Origin: Candidatus Moraniibacteriota bacterium
GTDB taxonomy: Bacteria > Patescibacteriota > Minisyncoccia > Moranbacterales > UBA1568
Assembly: GCA_049287005.1 (NCBI GenBank)
Contig: JBAQEZ010000003.1
Coordinates: 533,808-597,807 of the forward strand
Reading direction: 5' to 3'
DNA length: 64,000 nt
The position numbers and the translations under genes were made by a program. Position 1 is the stretch's first letter, and the number at the start of each line of letters is the position of its first letter. The notes under the pieces are model-generated. The model saw nothing but the letters and a program-made list of their open reading frames with translations, ran no database searches and was not told the origin of the DNA. Of the stretch, positions 10,279-19,690 are shown one piece after another.

Positions 10279-11412
10279 CTATTTGATCGTTTCTATCAGG
10301 AAATTCTCCCATATCTTTGCTATTTTTTCAAGTGAAAAAGAGTCCTGAACGATTATTTTTGCTTCTTCGGATAATTGTTTTCTCATTACTTCATTTTCTT
10401 GCATCTGTTTAATCGCCTGAACAATGGCCAAACTATTTTCTATAGGAACAAGTAGTCCTGTTTTTTTGTTTTCTATCAAAACTTTATTCTCTGGAATATC
10501 GGTGGTGATGACAGGGATTCCTGAGGCCATAGCTTCGAGGATGGCGTTGGACTGCCCTTCGAAGAGTGTGGGTAGCACGAAAAGGTTGGATATTTTCAGA
10601 AGTTTCGGAACATCGGTTCGTCGGCCGAGGAAGAGAATGTTTTCTTTGGACTGGTAGTCTTTAATTTTATTTTCGAGGCTATTTTGTTCTGAGCCTTCGC
10701 CAACGAGGAGGAGCTTGTATTTGAATGGCGGAATGGTTGTTATCGTTTCATTGTTTCTTGAATACAACCGTTCAAAAGCTTCAAGGAGATAACGGTGACC
10801 CTTATTGATATGCAGGTTGGCGACACAGATGATGACGAAATCGTCAGAAGCGATGCTGAGGGATTTTTTGAGTTCCGGATCAGGAGTGATGGAATCGAGG
10901 TGTTCGATATCGATACCGTTTGGGATGATAGTTATCTTTTCTGGGTGCACACCGATATGCTGGACATAGAAATCTTTGACGGCTTCAGAGTTGGCGAGGT
11001 ACTGATTGACGAGTGGTTTGGTGATCCATTCGAGGATGCGTGCGATGAGATATTTCGGATGATTGTAGGTAGTACGGAGGGAAGGGACGATAGGCGCCTT
11101 TGTAACAGTACGGAGTGCGAGGCGTCCGAGTATATCGGCATGGAAGAGGTACGTGATGATGATATCAGGCTTTTCTTCTCGGATGAGTTTGCGAAGGCGC
11201 AGAATGCCAGGAATATCGAAAGGGCTATTGCAATGAATCGTTTCGACCGTGATGCCGGCTGAGACGAATTTCGGAATCAGGTCCCCGAGCTCTTTTAAAG
11301 TGATGACTTTGTGTTCGAAATTATCGAGCAAAGGTAGTGTTCGAAGGAGCATATTCTCGCACCCGCCATTACTGAGCGATTGGATAACATGAAGAATTTT
11401 CTTCTTGGCCAT
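10279..11412 (-). CDS. family 4 glycosyltransferase
   Basis: EGQSNAILEAMASGIPVITTD. Confidence 0.75.
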   Translation of the reverse strand: MAKKKILHVIQSLSNGGCENMLLRTLPLLDNFEHKVITLKELGDLIPKFVSAGITVETIHCNSPFDIPGILRLRKLIREEKPDIIITYLFHADILGRLALRTVTKAPIVPSLRTTYNHPKYLIARILEWITKPLVNQYLANSEAVKDFYVQHIGVHPEKITIIPNGIDIEHLDSITPDPELKKSLSIASDDFVIICVANLHINKGHRYLLEAFERLYSRNNETITTIPPFKYKLLLVGEGSEQNSLENKIKDYQSKENILFLGRRTDVPKLLKISNLFVLPTLFEGQSNAILEAMASGIPVITTDIPENKVLIENKKTGLLVPIENSLAIVQAIKQMQENEVMRKQLSEEAKIIVQDSFSLEKIAKIWENFLIETIK

Positions 11413-11433
11413 GATATTTCGGAAATAATGAGG

Positions 11434-12522
11434 TCAACGGGAGCCAGTGCAGGTGATTCCGGCTTCTGGGTGTTCGTATGCCTGAATATTTTTCAAAGCA
11501 GCATCGGCAAACCATTGTTTTATTTCCTCAACATAGTAATAATTGCTCTTCGGTGTTGCCAGCACGTCGAAAGCATCATTGAGCTTCATATTGAAAGAAA
11601 AATTGGCATAGTATGAGAAGGGGAGTTTTTTGGCAAGAGATTGGAAGTTTATCCTTTCGAGAAGTTTGCCAAAGAGATTGATGAGATGAACGATCCCTCC
11701 GGGGAGGTAAGAAAGCTTGAAAAGCAGCGGCTTTGGGAGCTTTTTCAAAATATCACGGAGAGGCTCGTAGAAATAGAGGGCGCGTGCGTTGTTGCGACGA
11801 TTATAGACCCAGATGACCATTTCTCCTCCGTTTTTAAGTACCGTGGGAAGTTTCAAAAAGCCTTGTTTCGGCTGAGGAAGATGATGAAGTACTCCGATGG
11901 AATAGGCGAGGTCAAAAGTATCCTGAAATGGCATCTGATAGATATCCGCTTGGACGATACAGGCATTCTCGATGTTTTTGGTTAGTTCGTAAGCAACCTC
12001 GACGCTTTCTCCGAGGTCGGTTCCGAATGAGACTTCCGTACCGGAGAGGGCTGCCCATTTGGTGAATCTCCCTGATCCGCAACCGATATCGAGCGTAGTC
12101 TTTCCTTTGATGTTGGCCTCGGTAATATAGGGGCCGGCGAAATGATAGAAATTATTTTTTTCGTAAGTATTCTCCTTGTAGATGTATTTCCACTCGTAAG
12201 CGAAGCTTTCGGCGGTTTTCTTCTGATGTTTCCAGAAGGCATCGAGATCAGGGATATTATCGATAGCTTTCTGCCATTCGGTGCGTATATTTTCAGGAAG
12301 TTTTTCTTTCCAAGTTTTGAAAAAGTCCTGACGGGTCTGAAGGATATTCGTCTTGAGTTCGTCTATGAGGATTCTCGGGATGCCGTTTATGATCGGATAC
12401 CAGGAATTTATTGTTGTGATGAGTCCGGCAGTGATTTGTGGACCAGTTTCTTCGAACACGGTGATTTCGAATGGATTATGAGATATCGGATCGGAGAGAT
12501 ATGAGAGATGATTTCGTCGCAT
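11434..12522 (-). CDS. class-I SAM-dependent methyltransferase
   Basis: TLDIGCGSGRFTKWA is motif I. Confidence 0.65.
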   Translation of the reverse strand: MRRNHLSYLSDPISHNPFEITVFEETGPQITAGLITTINSWYPIINGIPRILIDELKTNILQTRQDFFKTWKEKLPENIRTEWQKAIDNIPDLDAFWKHQKKTAESFAYEWKYIYKENTYEKNNFYHFAGPYITEANIKGKTTLDIGCGSGRFTKWAALSGTEVSFGTDLGESVEVAYELTKNIENACIVQADIYQMPFQDTFDLAYSIGVLHHLPQPKQGFLKLPTVLKNGGEMVIWVYNRRNNARALYFYEPLRDILKKLPKPLLFKLSYLPGGIVHLINLFGKLLERINFQSLAKKLPFSYYANFSFNMKLNDAFDVLATPKSNYYYVEEIKQWFADAALKNIQAYEHPEAGITCTGSR

Positions 12523-12557
12523 GGTTTCAGTATTTATTGCTTAATTTAGTCATTATA

Positions 12558-14450
12558 TCATGATGGAAAGTATTCCTCAAACCAAAGTTCGAGAGTGACG
12601 AGCGCCCAGATATGGTAGCCAAAATCAACCTTGGTCTCACAATGTGTGTCGAGGAGTTTTTTGATAGCCTCTTTTTTGAAAAGACCGCGATTGATAGCTG
12701 TATCCGATAGGAGTATTTCGTAGGCATACTCTTTCAATTCATTTCGGAACCAAGAGTGGATAGGAATACCGAAACCCATCTTGGGACGGAACATCACTTC
12801 GTCGGGGATGATGCCATGGAGAGCTTCTTTGAGAATATATTTTTTATTATTTCGTCCTTTCAATTTGAAACGAAACGGTATTTGTGCGGTGAGTTCGAGA
12901 AATTCATGATCGAGGAAAGGAGATCTACCTTCGAGGGATACTGCCATCGTATCGATATCAACTTTTGTCATCAAATCATCAGGGAGATATGTTGCAAAGT
13001 CAGCGTAGGCTGCTTGTTCCACCTTGTTCTGGGATCCTGATTCTTGGAATTTGCTCGCGACGATATCGTAAGAATCTGAGTCTTTAAACCTCTCCTTCAT
13101 TTCATTGGTATAGATTTTCTCCTTCATTTCATTGGTAAAGTAGCAGATATAGTCCACATAACGGTGGTTATATGGTTTAGAGAGACTTCGCGCGAAGCGA
13201 TAGGATCGATCAAAGAAGGTTGTCTGGAATACATGTGCTGCAAGTTTAGCGAGAGGAAGAATGATGATTTTGTGAAGAGGGAGAATTCTGTCATAGAGGA
13301 GGGCGAATTTGTGCACGCTGTAACGACCATATCCTGCGAAGTTCTCATCTCCGCCGTCACCGTTGAGTGCGACGGTGACGTGATCGCGGGTGAGCTTGGC
13401 GACATAGTAGGTGGGTAGGGCACTGGAATCGGCATAGGGTTCCTCATACTGCCGTACGAGCATCGGGAGGAGATGGATAGCATTCGGTTTCACGATGAAT
13501 TCCGTATGATCCGTTTTGAATTTGTCCGCGATGATTTTCGCGTATTTCAGTTCATTGAATTTTTCTTCCTCGAACCCTATCGAAAACGTTTTTATCGGAG
13601 TTGTGGAATTTCTGGCCATCAGAGCGACGATGGCACTGGAATCGATGCCGCCGGAGAGAAACGCACCGATAGGAACATCGGAAATCATACGGAGCTTGAC
13701 TGATTCTTCCAGTTTATCGATGATACGCTTTTTCCACTCCTCTTCGGAAAGATCAAGCTTTTTCGAATAATCGAGCTTCCAATACCTCTCATTTTCCACT
13801 TTCTTTGTTTTGAGATCAATGTACAAATAATGGGCCGGTTCCAGCTTCTTAATACCGACAAAGCCTGTTAGTGGCGCTGGAACGTACTGGAGCGTCAAAT
13901 AATGGTGTATAGCGAGGTAATCAGGCTCTTTATGGTATTCGGGCTGGGTCAGGATCGCTTTGAGCTCTGAAGCGAAAAGAAAGACGTTGTCATCCATATA
14001 GTATTTGAATGGCTTTTTCCCGACTCTGTCTCTGGCACAGAAAAGCGTTTTTTCTTGTTCATCATAGATAGCAAAGGCAAACATCCCGCGCAGATGTTTC
14101 AGGCATTCTTTTCCATACTTATCGTAGAGAGCCAGGATGACTTCCGTATCGGAATGCGAGGTAAATGTGTAGCCGTTTTTCTCGAGTCCCGCGCGTTTTT
14201 CCTGAAAGTTGTAGATTTCCCCGTTGAAGACGATCTCATAGCGGTCAAGGGAGCGCATCGGCTGATGGCCGAGCGGGGAGAGATCGATGATGGAGAGGCG
14301 GCGATGGCCGAGGCCGACTTTTTTATCAGGTGAAATATACACCCCGCCATCATCCGGCCCGCGGTGTTTGATGGCTTCGTTCATCGTCTCAACTCCTTCC
14401 ATTGAAACGTCCTTTGACGAGAAGGAGATTTTACCCGCTATCCCGCACAT
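12558..14450 (-). CDS. asnB: asparagine synthase (glutamine-hydrolysing) family amidotransferase, WbpS-like
   Basis: Starts with MCGIAG, the N-terminal nucleophile Cys2 of class-II glutamine amidotransferases. The 630 aa length fits. SGGIDSS is the PP-loop ATP pyrophosphatase motif. Confidence 0.85.
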   Translation of the reverse strand: MCGIAGKISFSSKDVSMEGVETMNEAIKHRGPDDGGVYISPDKKVGLGHRRLSIIDLSPLGHQPMRSLDRYEIVFNGEIYNFQEKRAGLEKNGYTFTSHSDTEVILALYDKYGKECLKHLRGMFAFAIYDEQEKTLFCARDRVGKKPFKYYMDDNVFLFASELKAILTQPEYHKEPDYLAIHHYLTLQYVPAPLTGFVGIKKLEPAHYLYIDLKTKKVENERYWKLDYSKKLDLSEEEWKKRIIDKLEESVKLRMISDVPIGAFLSGGIDSSAIVALMARNSTTPIKTFSIGFEEEKFNELKYAKIIADKFKTDHTEFIVKPNAIHLLPMLVRQYEEPYADSSALPTYYVAKLTRDHVTVALNGDGGDENFAGYGRYSVHKFALLYDRILPLHKIIILPLAKLAAHVFQTTFFDRSYRFARSLSKPYNHRYVDYICYFTNEMKEKIYTNEMKERFKDSDSYDIVASKFQESGSQNKVEQAAYADFATYLPDDLMTKVDIDTMAVSLEGRSPFLDHEFLELTAQIPFRFKLKGRNNKKYILKEALHGIIPDEVMFRPKMGFGIPIHSWFRNELKEYAYEILLSDTAINRGLFKKEAIKKLLDTHCETKVDFGYHIWALVTLELWFEEYFPS

Positions 14451-15307
14451 TATTTTTTCTTTAATAGGATATTAAAGGATAAATTTCGCAAATCGTATTC
14501 TGAATATTTTTTTGTCAGATTTTTAGGCAATTTTTTATCAAAAAGGATGTTTTGTTCCAAATCAAGAATTTCCAGGTTTTTATCATGTATCAATTTTTCA
14601 TAATCACTCAATCTTTTCCTGTTGACATATTCTCCGGTATTTTTGAAAAGCTTGTCAAACCAATAATCGCTGAAATTCAAGAACCAGATGCTTTTTTGTG
14701 AAAAAATGTGGTCTCGGAGGTCCACTTGATGATTCATGATCCCGTCTCTTCGAAGAACACGCGCCATTTCAGTAAAACAGAGGTCGAGATCGTGCACGTG
14801 TTCCAATACGGCGCAGGAATAGATGATATCTATGGACTCATCAGGCAGTTTGTAGGAGGAATCTTGTCCTATTTTGATGAATTCAATGAATGCTGGATTG
14901 TATGCGTACTGGTTAGCCGTATTCTTTATGAAATATTTACTTATCAGAACACCATTGTCTTCTAAAAGTTTTCTATATGAAAGAAGCTGTTTGTTCGTTA
15001 TGAATGTGTGAGAAATATTTTCAATCACGTAATATTTTTTTGCCCCATATTTTAATGCCAAGAGGCCAAAACCGATTGATCCACCCGGTCCTAACTCCAA
15101 TATATTTTTGTCTACAATTTGAGAAGTCCCGCCGATTTTTTCTAAAAAACCTTTGAATTGGGCTATCGAATATGCTAGATGCTTTTCATGGAAAGCATAC
15201 GGATTGAATAAGTGTTGCTCGATAAATTGTCGCATTCCTGGGAATATCGAGAAGAGAATATTCTCGAGAAAGACGAGAGGCACTGTGATGAGGGCTTTCC
15301 ATCTCAT
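14450..15307 (-). CDS. class-I SAM-dependent methyltransferase
   Basis: ILELGPGGSIGFGLLALKYGAKKYYVIE. The start is placed at the Met whose ATG forms an ATGA overlap with the stop of the upstream GT4 (15304-15307). Confidence 0.65.
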   Translation of the reverse strand: MRWKALITVPLVFLENILFSIFPGMRQFIEQHLFNPYAFHEKHLAYSIAQFKGFLEKIGGTSQIVDKNILELGPGGSIGFGLLALKYGAKKYYVIENISHTFITNKQLLSYRKLLEDNGVLISKYFIKNTANQYAYNPAFIEFIKIGQDSSYKLPDESIDIIYSCAVLEHVHDLDLCFTEMARVLRRDGIMNHQVDLRDHIFSQKSIWFLNFSDYWFDKLFKNTGEYVNRKRLSDYEKLIHDKNLEILDLEQNILFDKKLPKNLTKKYSEYDLRNLSFNILLKKK

Positions 15308-16458
15308 ATATTTTTGAAAATTTTGAGGTATTGCTTTATTGTTTTTTCCCAATCGAATCTTTGAAATACTGCCGCATGACCAGCTTCTGCCAAAAGGGTC
15401 CTTTTGTGAATATCAGTGATAAGAAGTCCGATTTTTTCTACGATTCTAGCTTCGTTCGGGGCGTCAATAAGAAACCCGGTTTTTTCATCAATGATGATTT
15501 CGTCCGCACCTTCATTTTTGGTAGCGACGATGGCGCATTGGCAATACATCGCTTCCAATAACGAGGTTGATAGACCTCCTCCAGGCAAAGAAGAATGAAT
15601 GTAGATGTCGCTACTTTTCAGTATAGCAAGGACCTCCTCTCTTGGGAGATTACCAAGCATTTCTATCGGCAGATTTGCTGTGAGTGACTTGAGGCGTGTG
15701 AAATCTTCCCCGTCACCCATAATAAGAAAAACTATTTTCGCCCGCGTCACTTCCGGTAACGCGCGTATAGCTTCGATAGTAAATTCGATACCTTTCCATT
15801 TATACAATCGCGCAGCAGTACTGATGATGATTTTCCCTGGGTATTTTTGTTTGATGGTGTCATCTGCGCTGATAGTATCGATACTGGCGAAATCGATACC
15901 TCGGTAAATGATGGGTGATGGTCGTTTATCGAATCTGACTACAAAGCCTTGCACGGCACGGGAAATAGAAATATTGATATTCGAAAAACAGAAAATAATT
16001 CTACCGAAAGTAAGATCATAGACTTTCGCAACAGCGGATTTTAGGGGATTGGAGAGTTTTACAAAGTCGGAGCCGTGTTCTATATGAATCCAGTATGTTC
16101 TGGCAAGTTTTGCGTATATGAGAGCAAGGAGAGAAGAGAGGAAGAAACGAGTTCGTGAAATGACAATATCGAAGTCAGAATGGAAAAGAATGATGAAAGG
16201 ATTCCAAAACCCAAGACTCCAAAATTTCGGAACAGGATAATTGGGAATGATCTCAAATGCCGGATAACGGACAATCTTTACTCGGTCGTATTTTATTTCC
16301 TCAACATTCCGGGTGTAAGGAATATTCGGTGTAAAAACGACAACATCTGTTCCATTTTGAGCCAGATGCTTGTTGAATTCATCACTATGGGTTTCAAGCC
16401 CTCCTATGTGAGGAGGATAATAGGGGCAAAAAACAAGTATTCTCATAGTATCTTCCAA
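15304..16458 (-). CDS. family 4 glycosyltransferase
   Basis: GT-B C-terminal domain with SSLPGGGLSTSLLEAMYCQCAIVAT. Confidence 0.7.
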   Translation of the reverse strand: MEDTMRILVFCPYYPPHIGGLETHSDEFNKHLAQNGTDVVVFTPNIPYTRNVEEIKYDRVKIVRYPAFEIIPNYPVPKFWSLGFWNPFIILFHSDFDIVISRTRFFLSSLLALIYAKLARTYWIHIEHGSDFVKLSNPLKSAVAKVYDLTFGRIIFCFSNINISISRAVQGFVVRFDKRPSPIIYRGIDFASIDTISADDTIKQKYPGKIIISTAARLYKWKGIEFTIEAIRALPEVTRAKIVFLIMGDGEDFTRLKSLTANLPIEMLGNLPREEVLAILKSSDIYIHSSLPGGGLSTSLLEAMYCQCAIVATKNEGADEIIIDEKTGFLIDAPNEARIVEKIGLLITDIHKRTLLAEAGHAAVFQRFDWEKTIKQYLKIFKNI

Positions 16459-18563
16459 ATGACAATGTTATCTGCTGTATCTTCGTATACTCGTTGAAAT
16501 TTATCAGGGTATTGGTCAAAAATCAACTTTCTTGTGCCCTGCATATTCTCTATATAATAAGGCCTATTGAGGTAGGGATTTTTCTCGTTTGCTTTGGAAT
16601 AGTATATGTATAGTTTTTTCTGATTTTCGGGGTCTATTTTTCCTATACGAAGTAGGGATGCGAGTGCTGTTGATTCTTGTATATTGTCATCAAGGAGTAC
16701 CAAGATGGAATCCCTCTGTTCTTGTAGGTTTTTGTTGCTTAGCTCCTCAAGATTTTGTTTGCTCGTTTTTATAAAAAGTGAATAATTATTTTCTAAACTC
16801 TCTCTGTTGATCTTAAAATTGTTAATTTCAGTGAGAGCTATATTGATATCATAATAGAAGTCCGTTGGCACTATTTGGATTTTTGAATTCCCATAATATT
16901 GCAATAAATTTCCATCCATATCGGTGAATAGGATTCGGTTGTTTGGCAAATTGCTCCTTATCCATTCGGCTGAAGAAAGCTTTTCATTCGTTATCATATA
17001 TTGCTTCATGCCATTGATATACAACGCCCCTCCAATACTTGTTACTATTCCCAGTAATATCATCATTGAAATAATCTTGATTTTTCGGGTACCAATTTTC
17101 GTAATAATAAAAAAGAGCGCCAATGAAAAAATACCAGTAAATACCCATGATCTATCCGGGAGAAGGGCTACATTGGAAAGTCGCGGTAAAACTTCAGAGA
17201 TTGAAAAAAATATCAAAAAACACACACTAAGGACGATGATTTCTCTACGCCTCCTCAAATTAATGGTAAGCTTTCTGAACTCATCATTTCTTATAACGAA
17301 ATAAACAAAAGCAAATAATAGGATGAGGATAGCGGGTCCGGCGTAATAAATATAATATTTGAGTACCCCGACAGTATCGCCCCAACCCATACTCTGTCCG
17401 TTCATATTTATGTAATAGGCAGGAAAAAGAAAATTTAATTTCATTACGAATATACTTTGCATGACCATTTCAGTCCAATGGAGAATGAAATCAAGTTGAT
17501 TTTTTAGGAAGTAAGCGTTTGAAGTGATGAGGAGTGCTATCAATAATGTAATTAATTTGTTTTTCAGTATTGCTTCAAGTATAAATTTTCGGTTGAAAAT
17601 CAAGGTGACCAATAGCCAAACAGCGAATATTATCGCCGCCATTTCATGATAGAAGAAGCCGAGAAAGGCCGTTATTCCGGCTAGATAGTAAAAAATATTC
17701 TTATTGAACAGCCATGAATAAATCAAAAAGAAGAAGAAATAGTAGATTGATATTATCGAAATCGCCTGGGGAATCGGAGTTTGTGAGTATAGAATCGTCG
17801 AAGAACTGGTCAGTGGTAGTAATAAGATTATCGTTTGCAGGAGTTTCGAAGGAAATTTTCTTGCTATGAGCCAGGCGGGGATCAGTGTCAATATCGAAAG
17901 GAGAGGAAGGACATATTTAAAAGATGCATATAAATCGATATTGGCTCCTTGATTGAGGAAGTAGAGAAGTGATGAAAAAATCGGTCGATCAGCCATCAAC
18001 TGTACAATCACCCCATTATCAAAATCTTTAGCATATCTTTGGATCCAGTAAAATGGATCAAGATCTGGCAGGGCATAGTAGGCGGAAAAGATTATAAAAG
18101 TGATTGAGATATTCAAAATAAAAACCCAGAAAAGCGGCGAGGAGACGATTGCGTTGGTGATACTCCCGCGTGGCTTATCAACGGCGAATTGAAATCTATT
18201 TGCGAAATCTCCTCTTTTAAGATAGCAGCTCATTGCCAGTATCAAAAAAATAAAGAAAGAGTTTGCTGCTGGTAATGATTTAAATAAGATGTGGAATTGC
18301 GAAAATTCTATTGTAAGCAATAGCGGCACGAACAATAGGCTCGTTACTGAAGAAAGGCTCAGCATCTCCCAGAGATCAAAATTATATTTGAAAAATAATT
18401 GAACTATAGCAGCGATATTGAGTCCACCGAGTACAAGAATAGCAATCAACTCAATGAAAGAGCGAAGGATGCGGAAAACAAGAAAAGATTCCAAGCCGTC
18501 AAACCATTGGAACAAGAAATATAAGACAAAAAAAACAACATTCAATTTTATTAATGTTTTCAT
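16443..18563 (-). CDS. large polytopic integral membrane protein, putative glycan polymerase or GT-C-like transferase
   Basis: 706 aa with more than 12 hydrophobic segments. It lies in the AT-rich island and has no recognised catalytic motif. Confidence 0.45.
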   Translation of the reverse strand: MKTLIKLNVVFFVLYFLFQWFDGLESFLVFRILRSFIELIAILVLGGLNIAAIVQLFFKYNFDLWEMLSLSSVTSLLFVPLLLTIEFSQFHILFKSLPAANSFFIFLILAMSCYLKRGDFANRFQFAVDKPRGSITNAIVSSPLFWVFILNISITFIIFSAYYALPDLDPFYWIQRYAKDFDNGVIVQLMADRPIFSSLLYFLNQGANIDLYASFKYVLPLLSILTLIPAWLIARKFPSKLLQTIILLLPLTSSSTILYSQTPIPQAISIISIYYFFFFLIYSWLFNKNIFYYLAGITAFLGFFYHEMAAIIFAVWLLVTLIFNRKFILEAILKNKLITLLIALLITSNAYFLKNQLDFILHWTEMVMQSIFVMKLNFLFPAYYINMNGQSMGWGDTVGVLKYYIYYAGPAILILLFAFVYFVIRNDEFRKLTINLRRRREIIVLSVCFLIFFSISEVLPRLSNVALLPDRSWVFTGIFSLALFFIITKIGTRKIKIISMMILLGIVTSIGGALYINGMKQYMITNEKLSSAEWIRSNLPNNRILFTDMDGNLLQYYGNSKIQIVPTDFYYDINIALTEINNFKINRESLENNYSLFIKTSKQNLEELSNKNLQEQRDSILVLLDDNIQESTALASLLRIGKIDPENQKKLYIYYSKANEKNPYLNRPYYIENMQGTRKLIFDQYPDKFQRVYEDTADNIVIWKIL

Positions 18564-18581
18564 TGGGGGACTTTATTTGAG

Positions 18582-18932
18582 CTAATTTTTTATCTCACTA
18601 ATTTCTTCAAGAGATTTTTCTCTCGTGACGGTCGTGATCTGTTGTTCCAAACGTTCGATGGCGGAGAGGAGTTTGAAAATCATCAGGAAAATGAAGATGA
18701 ATCCGGTCAAGATGACGGCATTGATATTGTCAGCGATACCGATGAGAGAAGCCAGCGTGTTCGTGACAGTTGGGAAAAGGACGATCGTCGCCATCCCTCC
18801 CCAGATGAACACTCGCGCGGAGAGTTTCAGAATCGATTGTCCGCTCTGCTGTTTCAGGAATTTTGCAGATCCCTGATAGATCATGACGCCGGCAATAACG
18901 AGGATGACGATTTGATAGAGAGCGAGATTCAT
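18582..18932 (-). CDS. small 3-4 TM membrane protein, DUF2304/GtrA-like partner of a GT2 polyprenyl-phosphate glycosyltransferase
   Basis: 116 aa with three clear TM helices. It sits immediately downstream of a short DPM1-like GT2. This is the typical context of DUF2304 and GtrA family proteins. Confidence 0.45.
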   Translation of the reverse strand: MNLALYQIVILVIAGVMIYQGSAKFLKQQSGQSILKLSARVFIWGGMATIVLFPTVTNTLASLIGIADNINAVILTGFIFIFLMIFKLLSAIERLEQQITTVTREKSLEEISEIKN

Positions 18933-18933
18933 A

Positions 18934-18995
18934 GAACAAAAGTTTATAAAGTTAGAAAGTTAAGAAAGTAAGAGAGTCAGAAGTCTATAAAGTTA
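18934..18995. repeat. intergenic repeat, copy 1: tandem AAGTyTATAAAGTTA units with a GAAAGTTAAGAAAGT block
   Basis: AAGTTTATAAAGTTA (18940-18954), AAGTTAAGAAAGT, AAGTCTATAAAGTTA (18981-18995). It lies between the stop of the GT2 at 18993 and the start of the DUF2304 gene. Confidence 0.55.
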
Positions 18996-19685
18996 GCTGA
19001 TGATATTCCATACTATTTTGTAGAGGGTTTTCAAGCCGTTCCAAAAGCCCTGTTTTTGGACTTTTCCCATTGAGTACTTAGTATAGCGGACTTCGATGGG
19101 AATTTCCACATACTTGAGCTTGTACAGGTATATTTCCTTGATGACCTCGCTATCGTATTCGTAGCGGTCGGTTTTCGTATTGATGAGCTCGGCGGCGTGG
19201 CGCGAATAGGCGCGAAAGCCGGATTGGCTATCCGAGACCCACAGACCGTAGAAGTACCAGGTGACGGCATTGCCGATGTGATTGGCGACAATCTTGTACC
19301 AGGGCATGCCTTGTGGGTTCTGGAGGCGGGTGCCCAAAACGACGTCCGCGTGAAATTTCTGGATGGGTTCTATGAGACGATGAATATCTGTGGGGTTGTG
19401 CTGACCATCGCCATCCAGCGTGACGATGATATCGGCTCCGAGGAGCTTGGCTGCTTCGACGCCGGTTTTGGTGGCGGCGCCTTTGCCGCGGTTGAGGCGG
19501 TGTCGGAGGACGGTGATGCCAGACAGCTCCTTGGCTTTTGCGTACGTGGCATCGGCGCTGCCATCGTCGACGACGATGATATGGTCATAACCGGCCGCTT
19601 TGATCTCTCGGATGACATCTTGGATCACCGCTGCTTCATTGAAGGCCGGAATGACTATAAAAGTCTGTAAAGTCTGGAAGTTCAT
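18993..19685 (-). CDS. short DPM1-like family 2 glycosyltransferase (polyprenyl-phosphate sugar synthase candidate)
   Basis: IVIPAFNEAAVIQDVIREI...IIVVDDGSADAT...LDGDGQH. 230 aa with no TM. Confidence 0.75.
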   Translation of the reverse strand: MNFQTLQTFIVIPAFNEAAVIQDVIREIKAAGYDHIIVVDDGSADATYAKAKELSGITVLRHRLNRGKGAATKTGVEAAKLLGADIIVTLDGDGQHNPTDIHRLIEPIQKFHADVVLGTRLQNPQGMPWYKIVANHIGNAVTWYFYGLWVSDSQSGFRAYSRHAAELINTKTDRYEYDSEVIKEIYLYKLKYVEIPIEVRYTKYSMGKVQKQGFWNGLKTLYKIVWNIIS

Positions 19686-19690
19686 AAGCC

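Noticed and set aside
19197-19670. 157-aa plus-strand ORF antisense to the DPM1-like GT2
   Set aside because: The GT2 DxD and nucleotide-binding motifs are on the minus strand.
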